A stretch of 64,000 nucleotides of DNA, taken from contig JAZNSH010000065.1 of the NCBI GenBank assembly GCA_045591115.1, positions 12,322-76,321 on the forward strand, given 5' to 3'. The position numbers were made by a program, and so were the translations under genes. This DNA comes from Clostridia bacterium (lineage in GTDB: Bacteria; Bacillota; Clostridia; Christensenellales; QALW01). Numbering within the stretch: position 1 is the first letter of the stretch; every line of letters starts with the position of its first letter. The notes below the pieces were generated by a model. It saw only the letters and a program-made list of their open reading frames with translations, ran no database searches and was not told the origin of the DNA. Below are positions 36,959-46,202 of this stretch, piece after piece.

Positions 36959-38011
36959 ATGAAAGCAATGACTTGTGAAATGTGCAATGGCACAGAATTT
37001 GTAAAGGAAGATGGGTTCTTTGTATGTCAGTTCTGCGGAATCAAATATTCTGTTGAAGAAGCAAAAAAAATGATGATTGAAGGAACTGTTGATGTACAAG
37101 GAACTGTAAAAGTGGATAATTCTGCATTTGTAGAAAAATATCTCATTAACGCGCGTAGGGCATTTGAAAAAGAGGACTGGGAAGAAGTAGAAAAATACTA
37201 TAATATGGTGGAACAAAATGATCCAACTAATATTGAAGCAATTTTCTATAGTGCTTATGGAAAAGCTCGTTTATCAATGGTTGATGGAGACATTTATAAG
37301 CGTCAGCAAATCTGTGATGTTTTTTGTAAAAGCATTTCAATAATAGATGATAATTATAATGTTGAAAAATCGGAAGAAAATCAAGAGATAATTGCTCGGA
37401 TGCATGATAGTTTGTTTGAAATGTATGGTACGAGTTTTGTATATACAGAGGAAACTGATGGATATGGATTTACAACAGATGATAGAGAAAAAACATACTA
37501 TCTTTTTGCAAAAATGGCAGATGCATTTATCAACAGTATAGAAAATATCATTAAAATTGATGATCAGTTGATTTATTGGAAAATGCTTTATCATCAGCAT
37601 AAATATATTTTTAATAACGAGGGTGTTTCTAAAGAGTCAAGAAATAGAAATAGAGAAATTGCGATATCGGTTGGAAATAAAATTCGTGAAATGGACCCTA
37701 GTTTCGTAGTTGATATAAGGGAATCAAACCAAACAGGCAGTGGCGGTTGTTATGTAGCAACTTGTGTTTACGGCTCATACGATTGCCCGCAGGTTTGGAC
37801 ACTTCGTCGTTATCGTGATAATACACTTGCAGAAACTTGGTATGGCAGAGCTTTTATTCGTATATATTATGCAATCAGCCCTACACTTGTAAAATGGTTT
37901 GGTCATACTGATTGGTTTAAAGCATTGTGGAAGAGCAAACTTGACAAAATGATATCGGAGTTACAATCTAAAGGATATGAATCAAGCCCGTATAATGATA
38001 GAATTTGGTAA
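36959..38011 (+). CDS. Hypothetical protein: N-terminal zinc ribbon, helical middle, Cys-rich C-terminal module
   Basis: CEMC-x15-CQFC at the N-terminus. The C-terminus is GGCYVATCVYGSYDCPQVWTLRRYRDNTLAETWYGRAFIRIYYAISPTLVKWFG. GGAGGG lies 7 nt upstream of ATG 36959. Confidence 0.8.
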   Translation: MKAMTCEMCNGTEFVKEDGFFVCQFCGIKYSVEEAKKMMIEGTVDVQGTVKVDNSAFVEKYLINARRAFEKEDWEEVEKYYNMVEQNDPTNIEAIFYSAYGKARLSMVDGDIYKRQQICDVFCKSISIIDDNYNVEKSEENQEIIARMHDSLFEMYGTSFVYTEETDGYGFTTDDREKTYYLFAKMADAFINSIENIIKIDDQLIYWKMLYHQHKYIFNNEGVSKESRNRNREIAISVGNKIREMDPSFVVDIRESNQTGSGGCYVATCVYGSYDCPQVWTLRRYRDNTLAETWYGRAFIRIYYAISPTLVKWFGHTDWFKALWKSKLDKMISELQSKGYESSPYNDRIW

Positions 38012-38018
38012 AAAACAA

Positions 38019-38052
38019 AGGTGCGATCACTCGCACCTTTTAATTTTTCTGT
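38019..38052. terminator. Bidirectional terminator (zinc-ribbon gene / purC), right copy of the duplicated terminator
   Basis: A 9-bp stem (aaggtgcga/tcgcacctt) with loop tcac, then TTAATTTTTCTG. Confidence 0.8.
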
Positions 38053-38056
38053 TAAA

Positions 38057-38755
38057 TTATCTATTAAGAATAAGCTTTGTAAGGTCAACGGGGTTAACGA
38101 TTGTGTCGCCCTTATAAACGCGCATATTGCCTGAAGCGATTTCGTCAATAAGAATAACCTCACCGTTATTGTAACCAAACTCAAACTTAATATCCCAAAG
38201 GTCTAAGCCGATGGTTTTAAGGTCGTCAGCAACGATCTTTGTGATCTTTAAGGTCTGCTCTTTCATGCTTTCAAACATTTCAGGAGTCATAACCTTAAGT
38301 GCCGCAAGGCCTTCGCCTGTAACTAACGGGTCACCCTTTGCATCATTTTTGAAGGTACATTCAACGTAGCCACCCTCTAAAACTGTGCCGTCCTTAATAT
38401 ATTCGCCGTATCTTCTAACGAAGCTACCTGTTGCAACAAGACGGCAGATAACTTCAAGACCGTTACCGCCCTGAGCTTTACCGAAGTTTTCAGCAGGAAG
38501 AACTTCCATAGTAGCGTTATCGATATCAGCGCTTACGTAGTGAGTTTTGATGCCTGCTTTTTTAAGCATCTCAAAATAGTAAACAGAGGTCTGAAGATTT
38601 GCTTTACCGATGCCCTCGATAGTAAGACCTACGCTGTTCTCACCGGGATCAAAAACGCCGTCTTTGCCGGTGCAGTCATCCTTGAACTTTAAAAGAACGT
38701 TGCCGTTATCAAGTGCATAAACGTCTTTTGTTTTACCAACATATACTTGTTTCAT
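38057..38755 (-). CDS. purC: Phosphoribosylaminoimidazole-succinocarboxamide synthase
   Basis: [13 protein letters not shown]-terminus, [12 protein letters not shown] and [11 protein letters not shown]. 232 aa. Confidence 0.92.
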   Translation of the reverse strand: MKQVYVGKTKDVYALDNGNVLLKFKDDCTGKDGVFDPGENSVGLTIEGIGKANLQTSVYYFEMLKKAGIKTHYVSADIDNATMEVLPAENFGKAQGGNGLEVICRLVATGSFVRRYGEYIKDGTVLEGGYVECTFKNDAKGDPLVTGEGLAALKVMTPEMFESMKEQTLKITKIVADDLKTIGLDLWDIKFEFGYNNGEVILIDEIASGNMRVYKGDTIVNPVDLTKLILNR

Positions 38756-38790
38756 AGAAAAAACCTCCGCAATTTTAAATTTATGGACAA

Positions 38791-38819
38791 ATTATACCAC
38801 ATTTTTTTTATATTATCAA
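38791..38819 (-). promoter_or_regulatory. Sigma-A-like promoter for purC
   Basis: On the minus strand: TTGATA, a 17-nt spacer ending in TGTGG, then TATAAT (extended -10). Confidence 0.6.
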
Positions 38820-38901
38820 TTATTTTTTTTATTATAACGCAAAAAAAATCACTGTAAAAATGGCTAAATTGTAAATTTAATATATACTTGCTTAAATTCG
38901 T

Positions 38902-38930
38902 TTGACAGAATTGAGTTTTTATATGATAAT
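38902..38930 (+). promoter_or_regulatory. Sigma-A-like promoter for trxA
   Basis: TTGACA, 17 nt, GATAAT. Confidence 0.6.
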
Positions 38931-38974
38931 TTTAATGAAGTAAAGCCGAAAGGCGTAATTTATAGGTGAATTTT

Positions 38975-39289
38975 ATGGCAGAAATTAAGTGTGTGACGGA
39001 GAGTACGTTCCGTCAGGAAGTTGAAGCCTCGAAAACTCCCGTAATAGTTGATTTCTATGCGGAGTGGTGCGGACCTTGTAAAATGGTTCAGCCTGAATTG
39101 GAAGCTCTTGCAGCAAGCCACGATGATGTTGTTGTTGCAAAGGTTAACGTTGATGAAAATAATAATCTTGCCGAGAGATTTTCAATCAACAGCATTCCTT
39201 GTATGATTCTTTTCAAGGATGGCGAGGCAAAGAAAACTATCATCGGTTACAGAACTAAACAGCAGTTAGAAGCTATTATTAATGAGTAA
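38975..39289 (+). CDS. trxA: Thioredoxin
   Basis: WCGPC active site, 104 aa. AGGTGA RBS upstream of ATG 38975. Confidence 0.93.
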   Translation: MAEIKCVTESTFRQEVEASKTPVIVDFYAEWCGPCKMVQPELEALAASHDDVVVAKVNVDENNNLAERFSINSIPCMILFKDGEAKKTIIGYRTKQQLEAIINE

Positions 39290-39296
39290 AAAAAAG

Positions 39297-39326
39297 ATAC
39301 CGTGCAATCTGCACGGTATTTTTTTA
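39297..39326. terminator. Bidirectional terminator (trxA / DMT gene)
   Basis: A 10-bp stem (ataccgtgca/tgcacggtat) with a 3-nt loop, flanked by A8 and T7 runs. Confidence 0.85.
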
Positions 39327-40349
39327 TTGCTTTTTCTTAAAAAGTATTGCGGAAATAAACAGGAATACTGCCGCAACGGCAAAGGCCCAATGCATAAGAA
39401 CCAAAGCAACGAATATTAATCCCAATAAAGTAAGTATCAATGAAAGTTTGCTTTTGATTTCGGCAAAAGGAATTTGGGAGAGAATTACCGCAAAGAACAT
39501 AATGCCGCAACCGATAAATTCCCTTGTTGACATAAATTCACCGAACATCATTCCGAAAATTACCGCAAAAACCGATTCGAGGCTTAATAATATGGAAACA
39601 ACGGTGGGGTTTGAATCCTTTTGAGCAATGATCTGCAAAGTGTATGCGACACCTGAAGAAAACACGCCAACATAGGCTATCTGCCAGATGCAGGCTTTAA
39701 ATGATATAAGAGAGGGGCTTTCAAAGATCAGCATTCCGATAAAAGAGAAGACTGTAACTACCACGAATTGCATAAACGAAAGATGCACGCCGTTTACTTT
39801 GTTTGCAAAATGATCGATAAATAAAATCTGCACCGAAAACATAATTGCACAAAGGAAAGCATAAAGATCGTGCACATCAACACTAAATGCAGTTCCATCC
39901 TTAATGCAAAGAAAATACATACCAACCAATGCGATGACAACGCTGATCCACACGTTAAGGGGGGCTTTTTTCTTTAAGAATAACCCGAAAACGGGAACAA
40001 GCATAAGATAGAATACAGTTATAAACCCGATCTTACCGCTTTCTATTCCGGGGGCAAAAGCCGCTTGCTGTAGGTTTGTTGCCATAAATAAAGCACTTCC
40101 GCAGCATAAGCCACCTAATAAGAGATTTTTTAGATAGACTTTATCCTTTAACTGCGCAAAAAGATTTTTAAAGCCTTTGGAAAAAATTATTGCAACAAAG
40201 AATAAAACTATCGTTGCAATAAACGCGCGAGCCATATTGAACGTGAACGGCTCCATTCCTCTTGCCGCGCAATAATCCTGCGCAGAAAAAGCAAGACCCC
40301 ATATAATAGCCGCAAGCACGGGGAAAACGTTTTGCCTGATCTTATTCAT
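39324..40349 (-). CDS. DMT (EamA) family transporter with two extra C-terminal helices
   Basis: Ten helices in two EamA-like halves plus two more hydrophobic segments at the C-terminus. ATG 40349 lies 7 nt after AAGGAG. The longer ORF start at 40463 has no RBS. Confidence 0.8.
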   Translation of the reverse strand: MNKIRQNVFPVLAAIIWGLAFSAQDYCAARGMEPFTFNMARAFIATIVLFFVAIIFSKGFKNLFAQLKDKVYLKNLLLGGLCCGSALFMATNLQQAAFAPGIESGKIGFITVFYLMLVPVFGLFLKKKAPLNVWISVVIALVGMYFLCIKDGTAFSVDVHDLYAFLCAIMFSVQILFIDHFANKVNGVHLSFMQFVVVTVFSFIGMLIFESPSLISFKACIWQIAYVGVFSSGVAYTLQIIAQKDSNPTVVSILLSLESVFAVIFGMMFGEFMSTREFIGCGIMFFAVILSQIPFAEIKSKLSLILTLLGLIFVALVLMHWAFAVAAVFLFISAILFKKKQ

Positions 40350-40428
40350 AAAAAACTCCTTAAAATATATCAGAATATATATTAACATAAAACAATAAAA
40401 AACACAACAAATAAAAAACCTTTTTTTA

Positions 40429-40457
40429 TTGACAAAAGCCCGAAATTCCAATATAAT
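40429..40457 (+). promoter_or_regulatory. Sigma-A-like promoter for the phosphohexomutase gene
   Basis: TTGACA, 17 nt, TATAAT. Confidence 0.6.
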
Positions 40458-40490
40458 TAACAAAAAGATTTTTCAAATGGTGGATAAGTT

Positions 40491-42011
40491 ATGTTGGAAA
40501 AAGAATGGAAAATTTTAAAAAACGGCTCTGATATAAGAGGCATTGCCGTGGAAAGCGAAAACGGCAAGGTAAATCTTACCGATGAAAAAGTAAAGGCGAT
40601 AGCATCAGGCTTTGCTTATTGGTTAAAAGAAAAGACAAATAAGGAAGATATCAAGGTTGCGGTTGGCCACGATTCAAGAATTTCCGCACAGCGCATTAAA
40701 AATGCAGTAATCTCTCAGCTGAAGGATGCAGGATTTATTGTTTATGATTGCGGTCTTATTTCAACGCCTGCGATGTTTATGACCAATATTGTGCCTGAAA
40801 TGGATTGTGACGGCTCTATCCAGATCACTGCAAGCCATCTGCCATATGATCGTAACGGTCTTAAGTTTTTCACAAAAGCCGGTGGTTGCGAAAGCAGTGA
40901 TATTGAAGAGATTCTTACAAATGCTCAAAACGGTAACAAGCTTCCCTCAAAGGAAGGCAAGGTTATTGAATATGATTTTTTGAGCAAGTATGCCGATATT
41001 TTAGTTAATAAGGTTCGCAATGCAGTTAATTCCGAAGCTGATTTTGAGCATCCCTTAAAGGGCTTTAAAATCGTTGTTGATGCAGGTAACGGTGCAGGCG
41101 GATTTTATGCAACAAAGGTGCTTGAGCCTTTAGGCGCAGATACCTCAGGAAGTCAGTTCTTAGAGCCTGACGGAACTTTCCCGAACCATATTCCTAATCC
41201 CGAAAATGAGGAGGCAATGGGTTTTGTTACCCGTGCAGTGTTAAATGCCAATGCAGATTTCGGTATTATCTTTGATACTGACGTTGACCGTGCCGGTGCA
41301 GTTGATTCTTTGGGCAATGAGATCAACCGTAACCGCCTTATTGCGCTCATTTCTGCTATTTTGTTGGAGGAAAGAACTCCTGCAGTTATAGTTACAGATT
41401 CTATCACATCAAGTGGATTAAAGAAGTTTATTGAAAACCACGGCGGTATGCATCATCGCTTTAAGCGCGGATATAAGAACGTTATCAACGAAGCTATCCG
41501 CCTCAATAAAGAAGGGAAGTACTGTCCTTTAGCTATTGAAACCAGTGGTCACGCGGCTTTAAAGGAGAATTATTTCCTTGATGACGGTGCATATCTTGTT
41601 ACAAAGCTTATCATCAAAATGGCTCAGCTGAAGGCTCAGGGGAAAAAGCTTGAGGATCTTTTGTTGGGTCTTGAGGAGCCCAAAGAGAGCAAGGAATTCA
41701 GAATGAACATATTGCTTGATGATTTTAAGCCTTACGGTGAAAATATAATTAAAGCGGTAAATGATTACGCTTTGGCAGTTGGTGATTGGCACGTTGCTCC
41801 CGATAACTACGAGGGCATCCGAGTATCCTTTGATGCTGAAGACGGTGATGGTTGGTTCTTGTTAAGAATGTCCCTGCACGAGCCTTTAATGCCGCTTAAT
41901 ATTGAAAGCAATATTGAGGGCGGTGTAAAGATCATTGCACAAAAGCTTTATCCTGTGCTTAAGAGCTTTGATAAGCTTGACACTGAAAAATTAAATGAGT
42001 TTATAAAATGA
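40491..42011 (+). CDS. Phosphomannomutase/phosphoglucomutase family protein (alpha-D-phosphohexomutase)
   Basis: Active-site serine loop TASHLPYDRNGLKF, metal loop FDTDVDRAG and sugar loop ETSGH. Confidence 0.85.
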   Translation: MLEKEWKILKNGSDIRGIAVESENGKVNLTDEKVKAIASGFAYWLKEKTNKEDIKVAVGHDSRISAQRIKNAVISQLKDAGFIVYDCGLISTPAMFMTNIVPEMDCDGSIQITASHLPYDRNGLKFFTKAGGCESSDIEEILTNAQNGNKLPSKEGKVIEYDFLSKYADILVNKVRNAVNSEADFEHPLKGFKIVVDAGNGAGGFYATKVLEPLGADTSGSQFLEPDGTFPNHIPNPENEEAMGFVTRAVLNANADFGIIFDTDVDRAGAVDSLGNEINRNRLIALISAILLEERTPAVIVTDSITSSGLKKFIENHGGMHHRFKRGYKNVINEAIRLNKEGKYCPLAIETSGHAALKENYFLDDGAYLVTKLIIKMAQLKAQGKKLEDLLLGLEEPKESKEFRMNILLDDFKPYGENIIKAVNDYALAVGDWHVAPDNYEGIRVSFDAEDGDGWFLLRMSLHEPLMPLNIESNIEGGVKIIAQKLYPVLKSFDKLDTEKLNEFIK

Positions 42012-42012
42012 G

Positions 42013-42039
42013 AAAACGGCGAAATTCGCCGTTTTTTTT
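42013..42039. terminator. Bidirectional terminator (mutase / AraC gene)
   Basis: Stem aaaacggcg/cgccgtttt with a 5-nt loop, then a T-run. Confidence 0.8.
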
Positions 42040-42793
42040 ACGTTCGTTTTCTGAATTTTAAAGGTGTTGAACCGGTGAGGGAAACAAACACCTTTCTAAA
42101 ATGATTTTCAGAGTTAAACCCAACCATACTGCTGATAGTTGAAATTGAATAATTTGTGTTTTCCAAAAACTCGATAGCCTTGTTGATTCTTATTGAATTA
42201 AGAAAGCTTACGGGAGTTTGCCCCATTTCCCTTTGAAACAGGTGATATATTGAAGATTCACTTACAAGGCATTTTTTTGCAAGATCACTTACAGAAAAAT
42301 CCTTATCCCAATTTTCGGATAAATATTCAATGGCTATCTGAAGTGTTTTATCAAAAGCAAAGTTTGATAACTTCATTTGGGGGAGAATAGTTTTAAGAAC
42401 TTTATAAAAAAGGGAATAGGCTTCAAGTTCGTCAAGGTAATCAGAACTTAGAAGTTCTGATATTTTCAAAAGATCATCTTTTGTGCTTTGCAGACAGTTT
42501 ACCGTTTGCGGTTCATATTGAAATCCTTCATAATGAATAAAACAACTTATATATATAACCTCAATTTCAGGTTTGCCGTGCCACTCTGAATAGCAGAAAA
42601 TATTTTCAGGAATAAAAACAACGTCACCTGCTTTTACGTCAAGCTTTTTGTTTAAATACAAATAAGTTCCTTCGCCTTTCATAATAATGCCGACACGTGT
42701 TTTTCGTTTACTGTTGTTGCCACGGCAGAAATGATAATTGCTGAAAACGTGCTTCTGAAAAGACAGTTCTGACACAAAAATTCCGTTTTTCAT
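42038..42793 (-). CDS. AraC-family transcriptional regulator (cupin sensor plus HTH)
   Basis: N-terminal cupin-like GDVVFIPENIF. The C-terminal HTH_18 pattern is SVSDLAKKCLVSESSIYHLFQREMGQTP ... FNSENHFRKVF. Confidence 0.85.
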   Translation of the reverse strand: MKNGIFVSELSFQKHVFSNYHFCRGNNSKRKTRVGIIMKGEGTYLYLNKKLDVKAGDVVFIPENIFCYSEWHGKPEIEVIYISCFIHYEGFQYEPQTVNCLQSTKDDLLKISELLSSDYLDELEAYSLFYKVLKTILPQMKLSNFAFDKTLQIAIEYLSENWDKDFSVSDLAKKCLVSESSIYHLFQREMGQTPVSFLNSIRINKAIEFLENTNYSISTISSMVGFNSENHFRKVFVSLTGSTPLKFRKRT

Positions 42794-42846
42794 CGATGAA
42801 AACCTCTTAAATTACAGAATAGTTACTTTTTTTATAGTATAGCATA

Positions 42847-42875
42847 TTGAAAAAAATTTGGCAAGATGATATAAT
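42847..42875 (+). promoter_or_regulatory. Sigma-A-like promoter of the oxidoreductase operon, divergent from the AraC gene
   Basis: TTGAAA, 17 nt, TATAAT. Confidence 0.55.
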
Positions 42876-42899
42876 TAACAAAATAATGGAGGTGCATTT

Positions 42900-43622
42900 A
42901 TGGAATTTAAGAATAAAACCGTTGTTGTTACCGGTGCATCTATCGGTCTTGGAAAGGCAACGGCATTGGAATTTGCCAAAGAAGGTGCAAATGTGTGCAT
43001 TGTTGATATTGATAGTGAAAAGCTCGAACTTGTAAAAAAACAAATTGAAACAATGGGTGCAAATGCTTCAGCATATATGTGCGACGTAAGCGACGAAAAC
43101 CGCGTAAAAGAGGTCGTGGCAGATACGATCAAAGCTTACGGCAAAATTGATATCCTTGTAAATAACGCAGGTCTGTGGCGTACTTGGGGAACTTTTGTTG
43201 AAACGACAAGTGAAGACTGGAAAAAGAAGATAAACGTTAATATTTTGGGGCTTATGTATTTTAGCCACGAAGTTCTTTCTAATATGATAGAAAATAATTA
43301 TGGCAGAATTATCAACATCGGCTCAGTAGCAGGAGTTTACGGCAATGCAAATATGGTTGATTATTCAATGACCAAGGGTGCGGTAAGCTCATTTACCAAG
43401 GCACTTGCAAAAGAGGTCGCTGAGTATGGCATTACGGTAAATAACGTTGTTCCCGGCACAATCAGAAATGAAGATGCTAAAATCGAAAATGAACAATGTT
43501 ATATGGGAAGAACCGGCAAATTAGAGGAATATGCTTATCTTATCAGCTTCCTTGCAAGTGATAAGGCAGCATATATTTCAGGTCAGGACTATCAGATTGA
43601 TGGTTGCAGAAAGAAAATTTAA
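42900..43622 (+). CDS. SDR-family oxidoreductase
   Basis: TGASIGLGKA cofactor motif, NNAG and the catalytic YSMTK. Confidence 0.88.
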   Translation: MEFKNKTVVVTGASIGLGKATALEFAKEGANVCIVDIDSEKLELVKKQIETMGANASAYMCDVSDENRVKEVVADTIKAYGKIDILVNNAGLWRTWGTFVETTSEDWKKKINVNILGLMYFSHEVLSNMIENNYGRIINIGSVAGVYGNANMVDYSMTKGAVSSFTKALAKEVAEYGITVNNVVPGTIRNEDAKIENEQCYMGRTGKLEEYAYLISFLASDKAAYISGQDYQIDGCRKKI

Positions 43623-43635
43623 AGGAGAAATTATT

Positions 43636-44415
43636 ATGGAATTTAAAGGCAAAACAGCAATTTCAACAGGTGCCGCGTCAGGTATGGGACTTTTGTTTGC
43701 ACAGAACTTTGCTTCTTTAGGCGGCAACGTTATTATGTGCGACGTAAACGAAGAAGTTTTAAATGAAAAAGTAAAAGAAATAAATGAAAAAAATCAGGGC
43801 AAGGCAGTTGCTTGTCTTTGTGATGTAAGAGATTATAAGCAGGTTTGTGCCGCAGTTGATTTAGCGGTTAAAGAGTTTGGTTCACTTGATATGGTGTGCA
43901 ATTTTGCAGGCGGAACGGCAACAAGAATGTGCAAGGTTAATATGGCAGAATGTCCTGAATTCCCCGATGTTCCCATTGACGTTTACGATTGGGGACTTGA
44001 CGTTAACTTAAAAGGTCCTTTCTATTTTGCTCACGCCGCGGCAAAGGTAATGCGTCAGCAGAAAAGCGGTTTAATAATAAATATCGGCTCAATTACAGGT
44101 CAGGAAGGTGACGGCTACGGTATGGATTATCCTACCGCAAAGGCAGGGCTTATGTTTGGCTTAACAAAATCCATTGCCCAGTTCGGTGCACCCTATAATA
44201 TCAGATGCGTTTGCATTTCACCGGGCCCCGTACTTACAAGAGCCGCAATGGCAAATATGAAGACTTTGTTAGGTCGTGCCGCTGAACCGCAGGAAATTAT
44301 CGACCTTGTGCTTTTTGTTGCATCTGAAAAAGGTCAGTTTATCAACGGCGAAAATATTATGATTGATGGTGGCAGAAATGCTATGAAGAGGGAAAAACAA
44401 TGGCAACATTCTTAA
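43636..44415 (+). CDS. SDR-family oxidoreductase
   Basis: TGAASGMG and the catalytic YPTAK. AAAGGAG lies 8 nt upstream of ATG 43636. The longer ORF start at 43531 would overlap the previous gene. Confidence 0.88.
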   Translation: MEFKGKTAISTGAASGMGLLFAQNFASLGGNVIMCDVNEEVLNEKVKEINEKNQGKAVACLCDVRDYKQVCAAVDLAVKEFGSLDMVCNFAGGTATRMCKVNMAECPEFPDVPIDVYDWGLDVNLKGPFYFAHAAAKVMRQQKSGLIINIGSITGQEGDGYGMDYPTAKAGLMFGLTKSIAQFGAPYNIRCVCISPGPVLTRAAMANMKTLLGRAAEPQEIIDLVLFVASEKGQFINGENIMIDGGRNAMKREKQWQHS

Positions 44416-45188
44416 ATCAGAATCAACCTTTAATTACTTCAATGATATTAAAGGATACTCCGGAAGCAATCCGTTTTGCAGTTAAAAACTCAATTTATGA
44501 TGGGGCAGACTGCTTGGGCATTCAGCTTGAACGCTTAAAAAGAGAGTTTAAAACTGAAGAAAACTATAGAAATATATTTGCATCTTGCTCAAATCATCCC
44601 ATTTATATTACTAACTACCGCGCCCCGCAAAATGAAGGATTAAGTGATGAAGAGATCACCGAAGAGCTTCTTGTTGCTTTAAAATGCGGTGCAACCTTAG
44701 GTGATGTTATGGGCAGTGCCTTTGATAGCGAATCGGGTATGGGTATTGGCTTAGAGCTTTCAATGAAGCAGGACGCCATCGATAAACAGAAAAGACTTAT
44801 TGATAGGATACACCATATGGGCAAGGAAGCACTTATGTCCTCCCACGTGTTAAAATTTACCCCTGCTGAAACTGTTCTTGAAATCGCATATGAACAACAA
44901 AAGCGCGGTGCTGACGTTGTTAAGATCGTAACGGCAGGCAATTCCGTTGAAGAAGAAATGGAAAACCTGAGAATTACCACTCTGCTCAAAAAAGAACTTA
45001 AAGTGCCGTTCTTGTTCTTATCGGGCGGAACTCACTCAAAAATTCACAGAATGATCGGCGGTCAGTTAGGATGCTCAATGTATCTTGCGGTGCGCGAACA
45101 CGATGAATGTGCAGTGCCCACTCAGCCTACGGTGAAAGCAGTAAAAGCAGTTCGCGATAATTTTGATTTTTATCCTGATATTATATAG
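44400..45188 (+). CDS. Type I 3-dehydroquinate dehydratase-like protein
   Basis: GADVVKIVTAGNS carries the Schiff-base lysine context and SSHVLKFTP carries the His context. The LSGGTHSKIHRMIGGQLGCSMYLA tail is typical of AroD-fold proteins. Confidence 0.7.
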   Translation: MATFLNQNQPLITSMILKDTPEAIRFAVKNSIYDGADCLGIQLERLKREFKTEENYRNIFASCSNHPIYITNYRAPQNEGLSDEEITEELLVALKCGATLGDVMGSAFDSESGMGIGLELSMKQDAIDKQKRLIDRIHHMGKEALMSSHVLKFTPAETVLEIAYEQQKRGADVVKIVTAGNSVEEEMENLRITTLLKKELKVPFLFLSGGTHSKIHRMIGGQLGCSMYLAVREHDECAVPTQPTVKAVKAVRDNFDFYPDII

Positions 45189-45204
45189 AATGGAGCATTA
45201 TAAT

Positions 45205-46200
45205 ATGAAAAAAATAAGAGTTGCACAAATAGGCACAAGTAGAAACAGCCACGGTTATCATATATGGAACAGCTTCTTAAAGCAAGAAGATATTTTTGAA
45301 GTTGCAGGATATGCGCTTCCTGAAAATGAAAGGGAAAAGTTTCCCGAAAAGGTAAAAATATTTGAAGGCTATAAGGAGATGACGGTAGAAGAAATATTGA
45401 ATGATCCAACCATCGAAGCGGTTGCGGTGGAAACGGAGGAAATTTACCTTACCAAATATGCTCTTATGGCAGCAAAAGCAGGCAAGCATCTGCATATGGA
45501 AAAGCCGGGCGGTGTTGATTATGATGATTTTGAAAAACTTATTGAAATATTAAAATCTAAAAACCTGACTTTTTCAACGGGATATATGTATCGCTTTAAT
45601 CCAAAGATTCAAGAAGCCTTTGCGAAAATAAAAAACGGTGAGCTTGGTGAAATATATTCGGTTGAAGCGCATATGGACTGTAAACATTCTGCTGAGATCA
45701 GACAATGGCTTGAGAATTTCCCCGGAGGAATGATGTTCTTCTTGGGATGCCATCTTCTTGATTTAATTTATCAGATTCAGGGCGAGCCGGAAAAAATTAT
45801 ACCTCTTAATTGTTCAACCGGTTGTGATGGCGTTACAGCTAATGATTACGGAATGGTGGCATTAAAATATAAAAACGGCGTATCCTTTGCCAAAACCTGC
45901 GCAAACGAAAGTGGTGGCTTTTTAAGAAGACAGCTTGTTATTTGCGGTGAAAAAGGAACTATAGAAATAAAACCTCTTGAGGTTCCGACAGAAAACGGTC
46001 AATATACCGTAATGAACGAAGCATATAGCGCTAATTGGTATAAAGAGTGGGAAACAAGTAAATCGGAAATATATGACCGTTATGATCATATGATGCGCAA
46101 TTTCGCAGAAATAATAAGAGGAAAAGAAAACCCATATTCTTATGAATATGAGCTTGGTCTTTATAAGTTGATACTTAGATCTTGCGGAAAGGAAGTGTGA
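45205..46200 (+). CDS. Gfo/Idh/MocA-family oxidoreductase
   Basis: MKKIRVAQIGTSRNSHG is an N-terminal Rossmann fold and HMEKP is the EKP motif. Confidence 0.85.
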   Translation: MKKIRVAQIGTSRNSHGYHIWNSFLKQEDIFEVAGYALPENEREKFPEKVKIFEGYKEMTVEEILNDPTIEAVAVETEEIYLTKYALMAAKAGKHLHMEKPGGVDYDDFEKLIEILKSKNLTFSTGYMYRFNPKIQEAFAKIKNGELGEIYSVEAHMDCKHSAEIRQWLENFPGGMMFFLGCHLLDLIYQIQGEPEKIIPLNCSTGCDGVTANDYGMVALKYKNGVSFAKTCANESGGFLRRQLVICGEKGTIEIKPLEVPTENGQYTVMNEAYSANWYKEWETSKSEIYDRYDHMMRNFAEIIRGKENPYSYEYELGLYKLILRSCGKEV

Positions 46201-46202
46201 TT

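Noticed and set aside
38756-38965. A possible purine riboswitch upstream of purC in the 210-nt intergenic region.
   Set aside because: I could not find the conserved three-way junction sequences on the minus strand. The region is explained by two divergent promoters and AT-rich spacer.
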